Assembly (NCBI RefSeq): GCF_007748075.1
Contig: NZ_CP036280.1
Coordinates: 2,760,001 to 2,792,000, forward strand
Length of the DNA: 32,000 bases
DNA from: Mucisphaera calidilacus
Lineage (GTDB): Bacteria; Planctomycetota; Phycisphaerae; Phycisphaerales; Phycisphaeraceae
Direction of reading: 5' to 3'
Shown here one piece after another: positions 16,487-24,136 of the stretch (its first letter is position 1; each line of letters starts with the position of its first letter). The notes under the pieces are model-generated. The model ran no database searches. It was given only the letters and a program-made list of their open reading frames with translations, and was not told the origin of the DNA. The position numbers and the translations under genes were made by a program.

Positions 16487-17197
16487 ATGAGCGAATCGGC
16501 TCAGCCGGAGCACGAGTACGCGAAGGCGGCGGGGAGCTACCAGCGGTTCGTGGATGAGCTTGGCGGGGTGGATGGGCTGCGTGTGCTGGATTTCGGTTGC
16601 GGCTGGGGCGGTGAGTCGGTGTGGCTCGCAGAGCGTGGTGCTGAGGTGACGGGCTGTGACATCAGCGCGTCGGCGATCGAGCATGCGCAGCGGTTTGCTG
16701 CGGAGCGTGGTGTAGCGGGTGTGGATTTTGCGTTGTCGGACTCGACGCGGCTGCCGTTTGCGGACGACTCGTTTGACGCGGTCTTCTCGACGGACGTGTT
16801 CGAGCACGTGATGGATCTGCCGGCGGTGCTGGGCGAGCTTCGCCGTGTGCTCCGCCCGGGCGGGGTGCTGCTGACGCGTTTTGGGCCGTTGTTCTATAGC
16901 CCGCTGGGTTATCACCTGCCCTGGACGACGCAGGTGCCCTGGGCGCACCTGGTGTTCGGGTTGCGGCCGATTGTTGAGGTTCGCAACACGCGTCGTTCGC
17001 CGATCTCGCCCGGGTCGTGGGAGGAAACGGGTTTGAATCGTGCGACGTTCGGTGCGTTTCGGGAGGCGGTGGGTCTTTCGGGTTTCGAGGCGGAGCGTCT
17101 GGAGCGGATCCCGGTGCGCGGGCTGCGGGTTCTGGCGGGCCTGCCGGGAGTGGGTGATTTGTTCACGTTTGGCGTGGATGCGCGTCTGGTGGCGTGA
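16487..17197 (+). CDS. Class I SAM-dependent methyltransferase (Methyltransf_11-like)
   Basis: Motif I 'VLDFGCGWGGES', acidic post-I 'VTGCDIS', motif 'FDAVFSTDVFEHV', 'LRPGGVL'. The start is uncertain: in-frame ATGs lie at 16397, 16409 and 16487. I chose 16487 because the spacing to motif I is typical. Confidence 0.7.
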   Translation: MSESAQPEHEYAKAAGSYQRFVDELGGVDGLRVLDFGCGWGGESVWLAERGAEVTGCDISASAIEHAQRFAAERGVAGVDFALSDSTRLPFADDSFDAVFSTDVFEHVMDLPAVLGELRRVLRPGGVLLTRFGPLFYSPLGYHLPWTTQVPWAHLVFGLRPIVEVRNTRRSPISPGSWEETGLNRATFGAFREAVGLSGFEAERLERIPVRGLRVLAGLPGVGDLFTFGVDARLVA

Positions 17198-17239
17198 TCG
17201 TTCTTTGCGTCCGTGGTGGGGCGTGGTCACAATGCGGCC

Positions 17240-19297
17240 ATGAAGCGAATCTTTCTCTCGGTCGTGTTGTTGGTGTTGATGACGTCTTCCGTGGCGGTTG
17301 CTGAGCTGGTGCTGCCGGCGGTTTTCAGTGACCACATGGTGCTGCAGCGGGAGCGGCCCGTGCCGGTGTGGGGCAAGGCCGATGCGGATCAGGCGGTGAC
17401 GGTTCAGTTGATGGAGGCGGACAACCCGCGGCCGTTGGCTCAGGCGTTCACGGTGGCGGATGTGGCGGGTCACTGGCGTGCGGAGTTGCCGGCGCAGGCG
17501 GCGGGCGGCCCGTACCGTCTGGTGGTGCGTGGCGGCGACGAGATCGTTCTGGAGGATGTGTATTTGGGCGAGGTGTGGCTGTGCTCGGGGCAGTCGAACA
17601 TGGAGTGGCCGGTGCGTCTGACGAAGAACGCGGCGGCGGAGATCGCGGGTTCGGCGGATCCGCTGCTGCGGCACTTTGACGTTCCGCGGACGGTCGCGGG
17701 CGAGCCGCAATGGGACACGGATGCGTCGTGGACCATGGCATCGCCTGAGACAGTACCGGGTTACACGGCGGTGGGTTATTACTTTGCGCGGCAGTTGCGG
17801 AACCGACTGGGCGTGGCGGTGGGTCTGGTGAACAGCAGTTGGGGCGGGACGCGGATCGAGCCGTGGATGCCGCCTCGGATGCTGACGGCTTATCCAGATG
17901 TGGCGGCGGATCTGGAGCTGCTTGAGGAGCGGCTGGCTGCGTACAAGGCGGACCCGTCGGCGGCGGAGGCGATGGCTGAGGCGATGCGCTCGGCGTACGA
18001 GGCGGAGGTTTCTGAGCGTCAGGGGCTGGCAACGCGGGGCGGGGTCGGTCTTGAGCAGCGATGGATGGAACCGGGCCACGACGTGTCGGGCTGGGGGACG
18101 ATGTCGCTTCCGGTGGCCTGGGAACGTGCTGGGGTAGAGGCTCTGGAGGCGTACAACGGCGTGGTGTGGTTTCGTCGGGAGGTGACGATCCCGGACGCGT
18201 GGGTGGGTCGGGAGCTGGCGTTGAATCTGGGGCCGATTGACGACGTGGACAGCACGTATGTGAATGGTGAGCTGGTGGGCACGACGGATTTTTCGACGCG
18301 GAACAGCTGGACGGTGGATCGTCGTTACGCGGTGTCGGGTGACGTGGTGACCAATACGACGCTGACGGTGGTGGTGCGTGTGGGCGACTGGTATGGCGAT
18401 GGCGGTATCAGCGGCGAGTCGTCGCAGATGTGGCTGAGTCTGGAGGAGGGTGGCGAGAAGGTTTCGCTGGCGGGGCCGTGGCTGTACCAGAAGGAGGAGA
18501 CGGTGGTGATCGGCCAAGAACGGCCGGCGGCGCCGCCCGGCGAGCCGAGTCTGGGTGGAGCGACGGCGCGGACGCCTACGGCGTTGTACAACGGCATGAT
18601 CTGCCCGGTGAAGCCTTACGGGATACGTGGTGCGATCTGGTACCAGGGTGAGTCGAACGCGTCGGAGGCGACGCGTTACCGTTCGCTGATGCCGGGGCTG
18701 ATCGAGGGGTGGCGTGGCGACTGGAATGACGCGGAGATGCCGTTCGGGATTGTGCAGCTGGCGAACTTCATGCGTGAGCGTGAGACGCCCGGTGACTCGG
18801 CGTGGGCGGAGCTGCGCGATGCACAGCTGCACACGGCGAAGACGATGGAGAAGGTGGGGCTGGCGGTGACGATCGACATCGGCGAGGCGAACGACATCCA
18901 CCCACGGAACAAGCAGGATGTGGGTGCGCGGCTGGCGTCGTGGGCGATGGCGGAGGCGTACGGCCAGCCGGGCGCTGGGTATTCGGGGCCGATGTTTGCG
19001 AAGGCGTTCCGGCAGGATAGCCGCTTTGTGGTGACGTTCGACCTGTTCGGCTCGCAGCTGGCGGTGCGTGGGGGCGGCAAGCCGGTTGGGTTCGCGGTGG
19101 CGGGAGAGGACAGGGTTTGGCACCGGGCCGAGGCGCGGATCGAGGGTGATCGCGTGGAGGTGTGGTGCGACGCGGTGCCGGAACCGGTGGCGTTGCGTTA
19201 CGGGTGGGCGGACAACCCGACCCGGGCGAATCTTGTGAATGCTCAGGGGCTGCCGGCGTCTCCCTTTCGGACGGACGACTGGAACACGACGAAGTGA
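17240..19297 (+). CDS. SASA-family carbohydrate esterase (sialate O-acetylesterase-like), secreted
   Basis: Signal peptide 'MKRIFLSVVLLVLMTSSVAVA'. Family-typical N-terminus 'PAVFSDHMVLQRERPVPVWG'. Catalytic block 'GEVWLCSGQSNMEWP'. The ~685 aa size fits the architecture with an inserted beta-sandwich domain. ATG at 17240. Confidence 0.8.
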   Translation: MKRIFLSVVLLVLMTSSVAVAELVLPAVFSDHMVLQRERPVPVWGKADADQAVTVQLMEADNPRPLAQAFTVADVAGHWRAELPAQAAGGPYRLVVRGGDEIVLEDVYLGEVWLCSGQSNMEWPVRLTKNAAAEIAGSADPLLRHFDVPRTVAGEPQWDTDASWTMASPETVPGYTAVGYYFARQLRNRLGVAVGLVNSSWGGTRIEPWMPPRMLTAYPDVAADLELLEERLAAYKADPSAAEAMAEAMRSAYEAEVSERQGLATRGGVGLEQRWMEPGHDVSGWGTMSLPVAWERAGVEALEAYNGVVWFRREVTIPDAWVGRELALNLGPIDDVDSTYVNGELVGTTDFSTRNSWTVDRRYAVSGDVVTNTTLTVVVRVGDWYGDGGISGESSQMWLSLEEGGEKVSLAGPWLYQKEETVVIGQERPAAPPGEPSLGGATARTPTALYNGMICPVKPYGIRGAIWYQGESNASEATRYRSLMPGLIEGWRGDWNDAEMPFGIVQLANFMRERETPGDSAWAELRDAQLHTAKTMEKVGLAVTIDIGEANDIHPRNKQDVGARLASWAMAEAYGQPGAGYSGPMFAKAFRQDSRFVVTFDLFGSQLAVRGGGKPVGFAVAGEDRVWHRAEARIEGDRVEVWCDAVPEPVALRYGWADNPTRANLVNAQGLPASPFRTDDWNTTK

Positions 19298-19963
19298 TCA
19301 GTGCTCCCAGGCGGCGGAGCGTGCGGCGAGACGGGTGAGCAGGGTGTCGAAGACGGTGTCGGGGTCGGGCCGTGCGTCGAGGATGGCGTAGTGCTCGGGG
19401 TCGCGTGCGGCCTGGTCGAGGTAACCCTGGCGGACGCGTCGGTGGAAAGCGGCGCCGCGGAGTTCGATGCGGTCCTTGTCGGTGTCGAATTCCTGTTCGC
19501 GGACGAGGGGGTTCATGCGTTGGGCGGCGGTGGTTTCGTCGACGTCGAAGACGAGGACGAGGTCGGGCCAGGACCTGCCGACGGCGACACGGCCGACGGC
19601 GATAATGTCCTCGGTGCGGAGGCCGCCCGCGGTGCCCTGGTAGGCGAGGGTGGAGGAGATGAACCGGTCGGCGATGACGAGGGCTCCGCGTCGGATCGCG
19701 GGCCGGATGCGTTCGGCGAGGAGTTGGGCGCGGCTGGCCATGAAGAGGAGCATCTCGGCGGTGATGTCGATGGCGTCGTGGTTTTTGGGGTCGAGGAGCA
19801 GTTCGCGGACCTGTTCGCCAACGTAGGTGCCGCCCGGCTCGCGGACGGTGACGACCTCGAGTCCCGAGGCTTCGGCGGCGGCGACGAGTTTGGTGATCTG
19901 GGTGGACTTGCCCGAGCCGTCGGGCCCGTCGAAGACGAGGAATCGTCCGGAGAGTCGCTGCAT
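19298..19963 (-). CDS. tmk: Thymidylate kinase
   Basis: P-loop 'FLVFDGPDGSGKSTQ', then 'REPGGT' and 'DRFISSTLAYQG'. ATG at 19963 gives the canonical spacing to the P-loop. Upstream in-frame ATGs at 19987 and 20041 are possible but less likely. Confidence 0.9.
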   Translation of the reverse strand: MQRLSGRFLVFDGPDGSGKSTQITKLVAAAEASGLEVVTVREPGGTYVGEQVRELLLDPKNHDAIDITAEMLLFMASRAQLLAERIRPAIRRGALVIADRFISSTLAYQGTAGGLRTEDIIAVGRVAVGRSWPDLVLVFDVDETTAAQRMNPLVREQEFDTDKDRIELRGAAFHRRVRQGYLDQAARDPEHYAILDARPDPDTVFDTLLTRLAARSAAWEH

Positions 19964-20033
19964 CCATGCTTGGCCGGTCTCGTGCATGGGGCTGAAGATA
20001 CCGGATGCGAAACGCGAGCGAGGGGCTAGGATC

Positions 20034-20669
20034 ATGGTCATGCCGACGAAATGGACTGATGATCCGCTGGATCCTTACCGCCGCGAGCACGCCCAGCGTG
20101 GCAGTGCGTTCTCGGTGACGCTCTGGAACACGCCGGAGTCGCAGCAGAAGCGTTTCCGGGTGCTGAAGGAGATGGTGTATCTGCCGGGCAAGCACCTGCT
20201 AGACGCGGGTTGTTCGCGTGGGGATCTGGCGGCGTGGCTGATCGAGCACGAGACGCCTTACGGCCGGTACACGGGCGTGGACGGGTTGGAGGAGGTGATC
20301 GCTTTTGCGCGTCGGCGTGATCTGCCGAACACGACGTTCGTGGCGGCGGACCTGCTGGAGCGGCCTGAGGTGCTCAGGGAGGCGGGTGCGCAGGTGGTTT
20401 TTCTGTCGGGGACGCTGAACACGATGGATTTCGCGACGGCGCTGCGTCTGCTGGAGTCGTGCTGGGCGGCGTGCCGGGAGACGCTGGTATTCAATTTTTT
20501 GTCGGATCTGGCGGGGCCGGATGCTCCGCCTCAGGATTACCCGGCGACGCGTTTGCCGACGCTTGAGTTGCTGGACTGGGCGGCGCGGCGGGCGTCGGGC
20601 GACGTTCAGTTGCGGCAGGATTATTTTCGGCAGGGGCACGACGCGACGATCGTCATGCGCAAGCCGTGA
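20034..20669 (+). CDS. Class I SAM-dependent methyltransferase, substrate unknown
   Basis: Motif I-like 'HLLDAGCSRGDLA', then 'YTGVDGLEEVIAFAR' and 'VVFLSGTLN'. ATG at 20034 (or 20040). The longer track ORF from 19827 would overlap tmk antisense and is rejected. Confidence 0.6.
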   Translation: MVMPTKWTDDPLDPYRREHAQRGSAFSVTLWNTPESQQKRFRVLKEMVYLPGKHLLDAGCSRGDLAAWLIEHETPYGRYTGVDGLEEVIAFARRRDLPNTTFVAADLLERPEVLREAGAQVVFLSGTLNTMDFATALRLLESCWAACRETLVFNFLSDLAGPDAPPQDYPATRLPTLELLDWAARRASGDVQLRQDYFRQGHDATIVMRKP

Positions 20670-20670
20670 G

Positions 20671-21828
20671 CTACTCGTTGCGAATGACGGCACCGGCGGT
20701 GTGACCGGCGAAGCCGGCGGCGAAGATAGCGTGGGTGGCGTGGCGTGAGCAGCGTTGTCCTTGGGGTTCGATGCTCAGGCGTGTGTCTTCGAGGGTGTTG
20801 TCGGGCGTAAGCCAGGGCATGGGGGGGAGTTGAGCGGTGCGCATGGCGAGGCAGGCGAGGACGAGGCTGACGAGCCCGGAGGCGCCGAGGCCGTGCCCGA
20901 GTGCACCCTTGCAGGCGTAGAGGGCGGGCGGTGTGTGCTGGTGGGCGGTGGCGTGTTCGAGGACGGCGAGTTCCTCAGGGTCGTGTCCCTCGGTGCCCGG
21001 GGCGTGGGGATGAAGGACGTCGATGGTGCGGCTGGTGAGGAGTTGCTGGGCGATGTGGGCGAGTGCGGGCATGCCGGGCGCGGGCTGGACGAGGTTGTCG
21101 GCCTCGCCAGCGGTGGCGGTGTCGAGGAGTTCAGGTCCGGGGCCTTCGCCGGCTTCGAGGACGACGGCGGCGCCGAGTTCGGCGAGGACAAAGCCGCCTC
21201 GCCTTCTGGCGAGGGGCGTTTCGCGGTAGCCGTCGCGGGTCGGGGGTGCGAGGACGCCGAGGCGTCGGTAGGAGTGGACGAACATGGGGGTCATGGCGCT
21301 CTCGGCGGTGAGGACGAGGGCGCGGTCGGTGTCGCCGAGGGCGATGGCGCGTCGTGCCGCGTCGAGGGCGCAGAGGGAGGAGGCGCAGGCGGCGATCCAG
21401 TGGCCGCGCACGGCGATGCCGGTGCGGAGCATGAGGTGGTGGTCGAGGTATCCGGCGGGCCCGAGGGCGGCGGCGAGGCTGCGTTGCTGCTCGTGCGGGT
21501 GAGTCAGGGCGAGGACGGCGCCCTTGCTGGTGCCGAGGTAGGTCGGCAGGCCGTGGAGGTCGACGCCGGCGTCGCTGGCGGCTTCGCGAGCGGCGCGTTC
21601 GGCGATCTCGACGGCGGGGTCGGTGGCGGTGTGCTGGGCGTGGGCGACGCAGCCGATGGCCCGGGCGACGGAGACCGGCTCGGTGTCGTCGGGGAGTTCG
21701 GCGGCACGGTCGGTGATGCGTCGGCCTTCGAGCAGGGCGCGGCAGGTGGGCCAGGCCCCGTCGCCGAGGGGCGTAACCAGTCCCAGCCCGGAGATCCGCA
21801 CACGTCTTGGGGTCGGGTTGGATGGCAT
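20671..21828 (-). CDS. Beta-ketoacyl synthase-like condensing enzyme (thiolase fold, KAS I/II-type Cys-His-His), orphan
   Basis: 'RVRISGLGLVTPLG' N-terminus. Active-site Cys context 'IAACASSLCALDAARRAIALGDTDRALV'. 'RRGGFVLAELGAAVVLE'. First His 'LHPHAPGTEGHD'. Lys/second His 'ACKGALGHGLGASG'. 'LPPMPWL'. At 385 aa it is slightly short. Confidence 0.75.
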   Translation of the reverse strand: MPSNPTPRRVRISGLGLVTPLGDGAWPTCRALLEGRRITDRAAELPDDTEPVSVARAIGCVAHAQHTATDPAVEIAERAAREAASDAGVDLHGLPTYLGTSKGAVLALTHPHEQQRSLAAALGPAGYLDHHLMLRTGIAVRGHWIAACASSLCALDAARRAIALGDTDRALVLTAESAMTPMFVHSYRRLGVLAPPTRDGYRETPLARRRGGFVLAELGAAVVLEAGEGPGPELLDTATAGEADNLVQPAPGMPALAHIAQQLLTSRTIDVLHPHAPGTEGHDPEELAVLEHATAHQHTPPALYACKGALGHGLGASGLVSLVLACLAMRTAQLPPMPWLTPDNTLEDTRLSIEPQGQRCSRHATHAIFAAGFAGHTAGAVIRNE

Positions 21829-21855
21829 GGGGCGAAGGATTTTAGCGTGAGCGGG

Positions 21856-23052
21856 TCAGACGCGTCGGGTGATCCAGCAGCGGACTTTCTCGCCGATGCG
21901 TGTGACGAAGACGGTTCGTTTGGTGCCGCCCTTCTTCTTAGGGCCGCGGAGGGATTTCTGGAGGGCGTCGGTGTCGAGCTTGATGCCTCGGGGCTTGACC
22001 TCGACGACGCCTGTGTGGTGTCGGGAAAGCCACTTGCGGACGTTGTCCTCGCGCCAGCCCATCTCGGTCTCGACGCGGAAGGCGGTGAGCCATGGCGAGT
22101 CGATGACGGATTCGCTGGCGACGAGTCCGGCTCGTGGGTGGGGCATGATGCCGTCGTGGCGTGCGCAGAGGATGGTGGCCATGTCGGCGCGTTCGGCGGC
22201 GGGATCGAGGGTGTGGAGGTAGCCGTTTTCGGGGACGGGCCCGAGGAGGGGGAAGATGGGGGTGCCCGAGAGTTCGTGGGTGCCGTCGTTGTCGATGCGG
22301 AGGGCCTGTTTTTCGCCGGGCTCGTCGCCTTGGGCGAGTTGTCCGGACCACCAGAGGGACTGGACGAGTCGGCCGGCCTCGGAGACGAAGGTGAGGGACC
22401 AGGGTGCCGCGTCGCCGAGGTGTGTGGTGGCTTCTTCGACGTCGAGGGCGGGGCTGAGTTTGACGCAGGCGCCGCGGGTGTTGCGGATGAGTTTGGCGAT
22501 GGTGGCGGGGCCGGGTTCGTATTCTTCGAGGGAGGCGGCTCGGCGGCCGTCGGAGCGTCGTGCGGGGTCGATGTGGAGCCATGCGTCGGTGGTGTCGATG
22601 GTGGCGGCGTCGGCGGCGGCGATCTGGCAGCGGGCGTTCCGGGCGGTCATCCAGGCGCGGACGGGGTCGCGGTCGACGGCGAGGACGTCGAGTCCGGCGT
22701 CGGTGCATCCCATGGCGTCGATGCCGATGCCTGAGCAGAGGTCGATGACCCGGGAGGCCCCGGCTGCCTTGAAGCGGTCGGCCTTGAGCCGGGCGGTCCG
22801 GAGGCTGCTAGCTTGCTCGACGCCTTCGATGTCGGCGATGAGGCTGGCGGCGCGTTCTTCGCCGAGTTTGGGGACGGCGCGGACGCGTGCCTCGGCGAGT
22901 TGGGCGGCGAGGTGGGCGAGGGCGGGGTCGGCGTGTTTGCGGAGGGAGGCGATGCCGGTGACGGTGGTGCGGTCAACGGCGGCGGCCTTGTCGATGAGCG
23001 GCTGGTGCTCGCTGAGGAGCGTCTGCCATGCCTTGAGGTTGTCGGGGGTCAC
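21856..23052 (-). CDS. Class I SAM-dependent methyltransferase with THUMP-like C-terminal region (Methyltransf_15/THUMP_2-like family)
   Basis: Motif I 'VIDLCSGIGIDAMG', post-I 'VLAVDRDP', 'WLHIDPARR'. The overall ~400 aa architecture resembles the bacterial 'THUMP-like domain' methyltransferases as I recall them. The GTG start at 23052 overlaps the TPR gene stop (GTGA). Confidence 0.6.
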   Translation of the reverse strand: MTPDNLKAWQTLLSEHQPLIDKAAAVDRTTVTGIASLRKHADPALAHLAAQLAEARVRAVPKLGEERAASLIADIEGVEQASSLRTARLKADRFKAAGASRVIDLCSGIGIDAMGCTDAGLDVLAVDRDPVRAWMTARNARCQIAAADAATIDTTDAWLHIDPARRSDGRRAASLEEYEPGPATIAKLIRNTRGACVKLSPALDVEEATTHLGDAAPWSLTFVSEAGRLVQSLWWSGQLAQGDEPGEKQALRIDNDGTHELSGTPIFPLLGPVPENGYLHTLDPAAERADMATILCARHDGIMPHPRAGLVASESVIDSPWLTAFRVETEMGWREDNVRKWLSRHHTGVVEVKPRGIKLDTDALQKSLRGPKKKGGTKRTVFVTRIGEKVRCWITRRV

Positions 23053-24080
23053 GACGCGATGCGGCCGAACCGAGTCATGAGGTCGACGATCTTGGGCTGG
23101 CGGGGTTCGACGGTGAGGCTTCGTCGCCAGGCCGCGATGGCTCGGTCACGGAGTGCGGGGTTGCGTCGCCCGGTCTCGAGGTACTCGGCCATGAGGCAGA
23201 CGCCGATGCCGTTGAGGGCCTGTGGCATCTCGCGGTCGAGTTGGAGCGCGGCCTGGAACTGGACCACGGCCTCCTGGCGTTTGCGTTGCTTGAAGAGGGC
23301 GTAGCCGTAGCGTTCGTGGGCAAAGGCGCTGGGCTGGTCCTGCACGAGTTGCTGGAGGAGGTTGGCGGCGCGGTCGTACTCGCGGAGGTTGAGGTGCGCC
23401 TGGGCCCAGCTCTGTAGGAGTGGGGGGTCGAGTTCGCCGAGTTCGGCGGCCTGCTGGTAGGAGCGGACGGCGCGTTCGTGCTGTCCGAGCATGGTGTAGG
23501 CGGCGCCGAGGTTGATCCATGCGGCGCGCGATTCGGGTTCCATCTCGGTGGCGGTGACGGCGTGGCGGAGGGAGAGGTCGGGCCGACCGGCCTGGAGGAA
23601 GGCGGAGGCGAGGTCGCGGCGGGCGTCGAAGCTCTCGGGGTCGATGGAGAGTGCCCGCTGGTATCCCTGAACGGCCTCGCTGACGCGGCCGAGGATCTGG
23701 TTGACGAGGGCGAGTCCGTACTGGGCGTCGTAGTCGCGGGGGTCGGTCTGGACGGCGCGGACGTAGGAGGTACGTGCGGCGGCGACGTTGCCTGCATCGA
23801 GCTGGATCTGTCCGACGGCGACGTGGGCCTCGGTGAGGTCGGGGTCGCGTTCGATGGCCTCGGCGAGCATGGCGAGGGCTTCGGCGGTGTTGCCGGCATC
23901 GGTGCTGACCTGAGCCTGGCGGACGAGCTGGCGTGCCTGCGGGTCTGCGGCGCGTGTGGTGGATTGTGCTTCGGTTCCGCTGGACTGGCAGCCGGCGAAG
24001 ACCAGCATGGCGACCATCAGCAGCCCGGCACCCGCGAGCGGGTGACCCCAAAACCGTCGTTGACGTCTCGTGTCGTGCAT
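23049..24080 (-). CDS. Tetratricopeptide-repeat (TPR) lipoprotein
   Basis: Lipobox 'MLVFAGC'. There are about 7-8 tandem 34-aa repeats with the TPR pattern (e.g. 'AEALAMLAEAIERDPDLTEAHVAVGQIQLDAGN', 'AVRSYQQAAELGELDP'). Confidence 0.85.
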   Translation of the reverse strand: MHDTRRQRRFWGHPLAGAGLLMVAMLVFAGCQSSGTEAQSTTRAADPQARQLVRQAQVSTDAGNTAEALAMLAEAIERDPDLTEAHVAVGQIQLDAGNVAAARTSYVRAVQTDPRDYDAQYGLALVNQILGRVSEAVQGYQRALSIDPESFDARRDLASAFLQAGRPDLSLRHAVTATEMEPESRAAWINLGAAYTMLGQHERAVRSYQQAAELGELDPPLLQSWAQAHLNLREYDRAANLLQQLVQDQPSAFAHERYGYALFKQRKRQEAVVQFQAALQLDREMPQALNGIGVCLMAEYLETGRRNPALRDRAIAAWRRSLTVEPRQPKIVDLMTRFGRIAS

Positions 24081-24136
24081 GATGGCCCTACGATACCCGT
24101 TGTTGAAGAGTTTGGGGTTGAGTGAGAAATCCGACT

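Noticed and set aside
13637-19123. An 1828-aa uninterrupted minus-strand ORF spanning thiG, both cyclophilins, the methyltransferase and most of the esterase
   Set aside because: It is a shadow ORF. The five plus-strand genes all start at coordinates congruent to 2 mod 3 (13658, 14543, 15443, 16487, 17240). The antisense ORF uses exactly the same triplets, so its codon position 1 is the complement of the sense G/C-rich position 3, and T-initial stop codons almost never arise. The translation is R/H/P/Q/T-rich low-complexity with no recognisable domain, whereas every sense gene has strong motifs. The same-frame run of five genes is mildly improbable (about 1 in 81), but I treat it as coincidence.
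19827-20033. Upstream extension of the 20034 methyltransferase ORF, and the 19964-20041 extension of tmk
   Set aside because: The extensions would make the two divergent genes overlap antisense by about 200 nt. The internal ATGs give canonical N-termini, e.g. the tmk P-loop 10 residues from Met.
20755-22734. A 659-aa plus-strand ORF antisense to the KAS-like and THUMP-like genes, with analogous G/A/E/V/D-rich antisense ORFs at 8970-9539, 10123-11469, 19301-20029, 23478-24125, 28314-29216 and 30916-31464
   Set aside because: This is the typical antisense signature of GC-rich genes (Gly/Ala/Glu/Val/Asp-rich, no TM or catalytic motifs). The opposite-strand genes carry clear family motifs.
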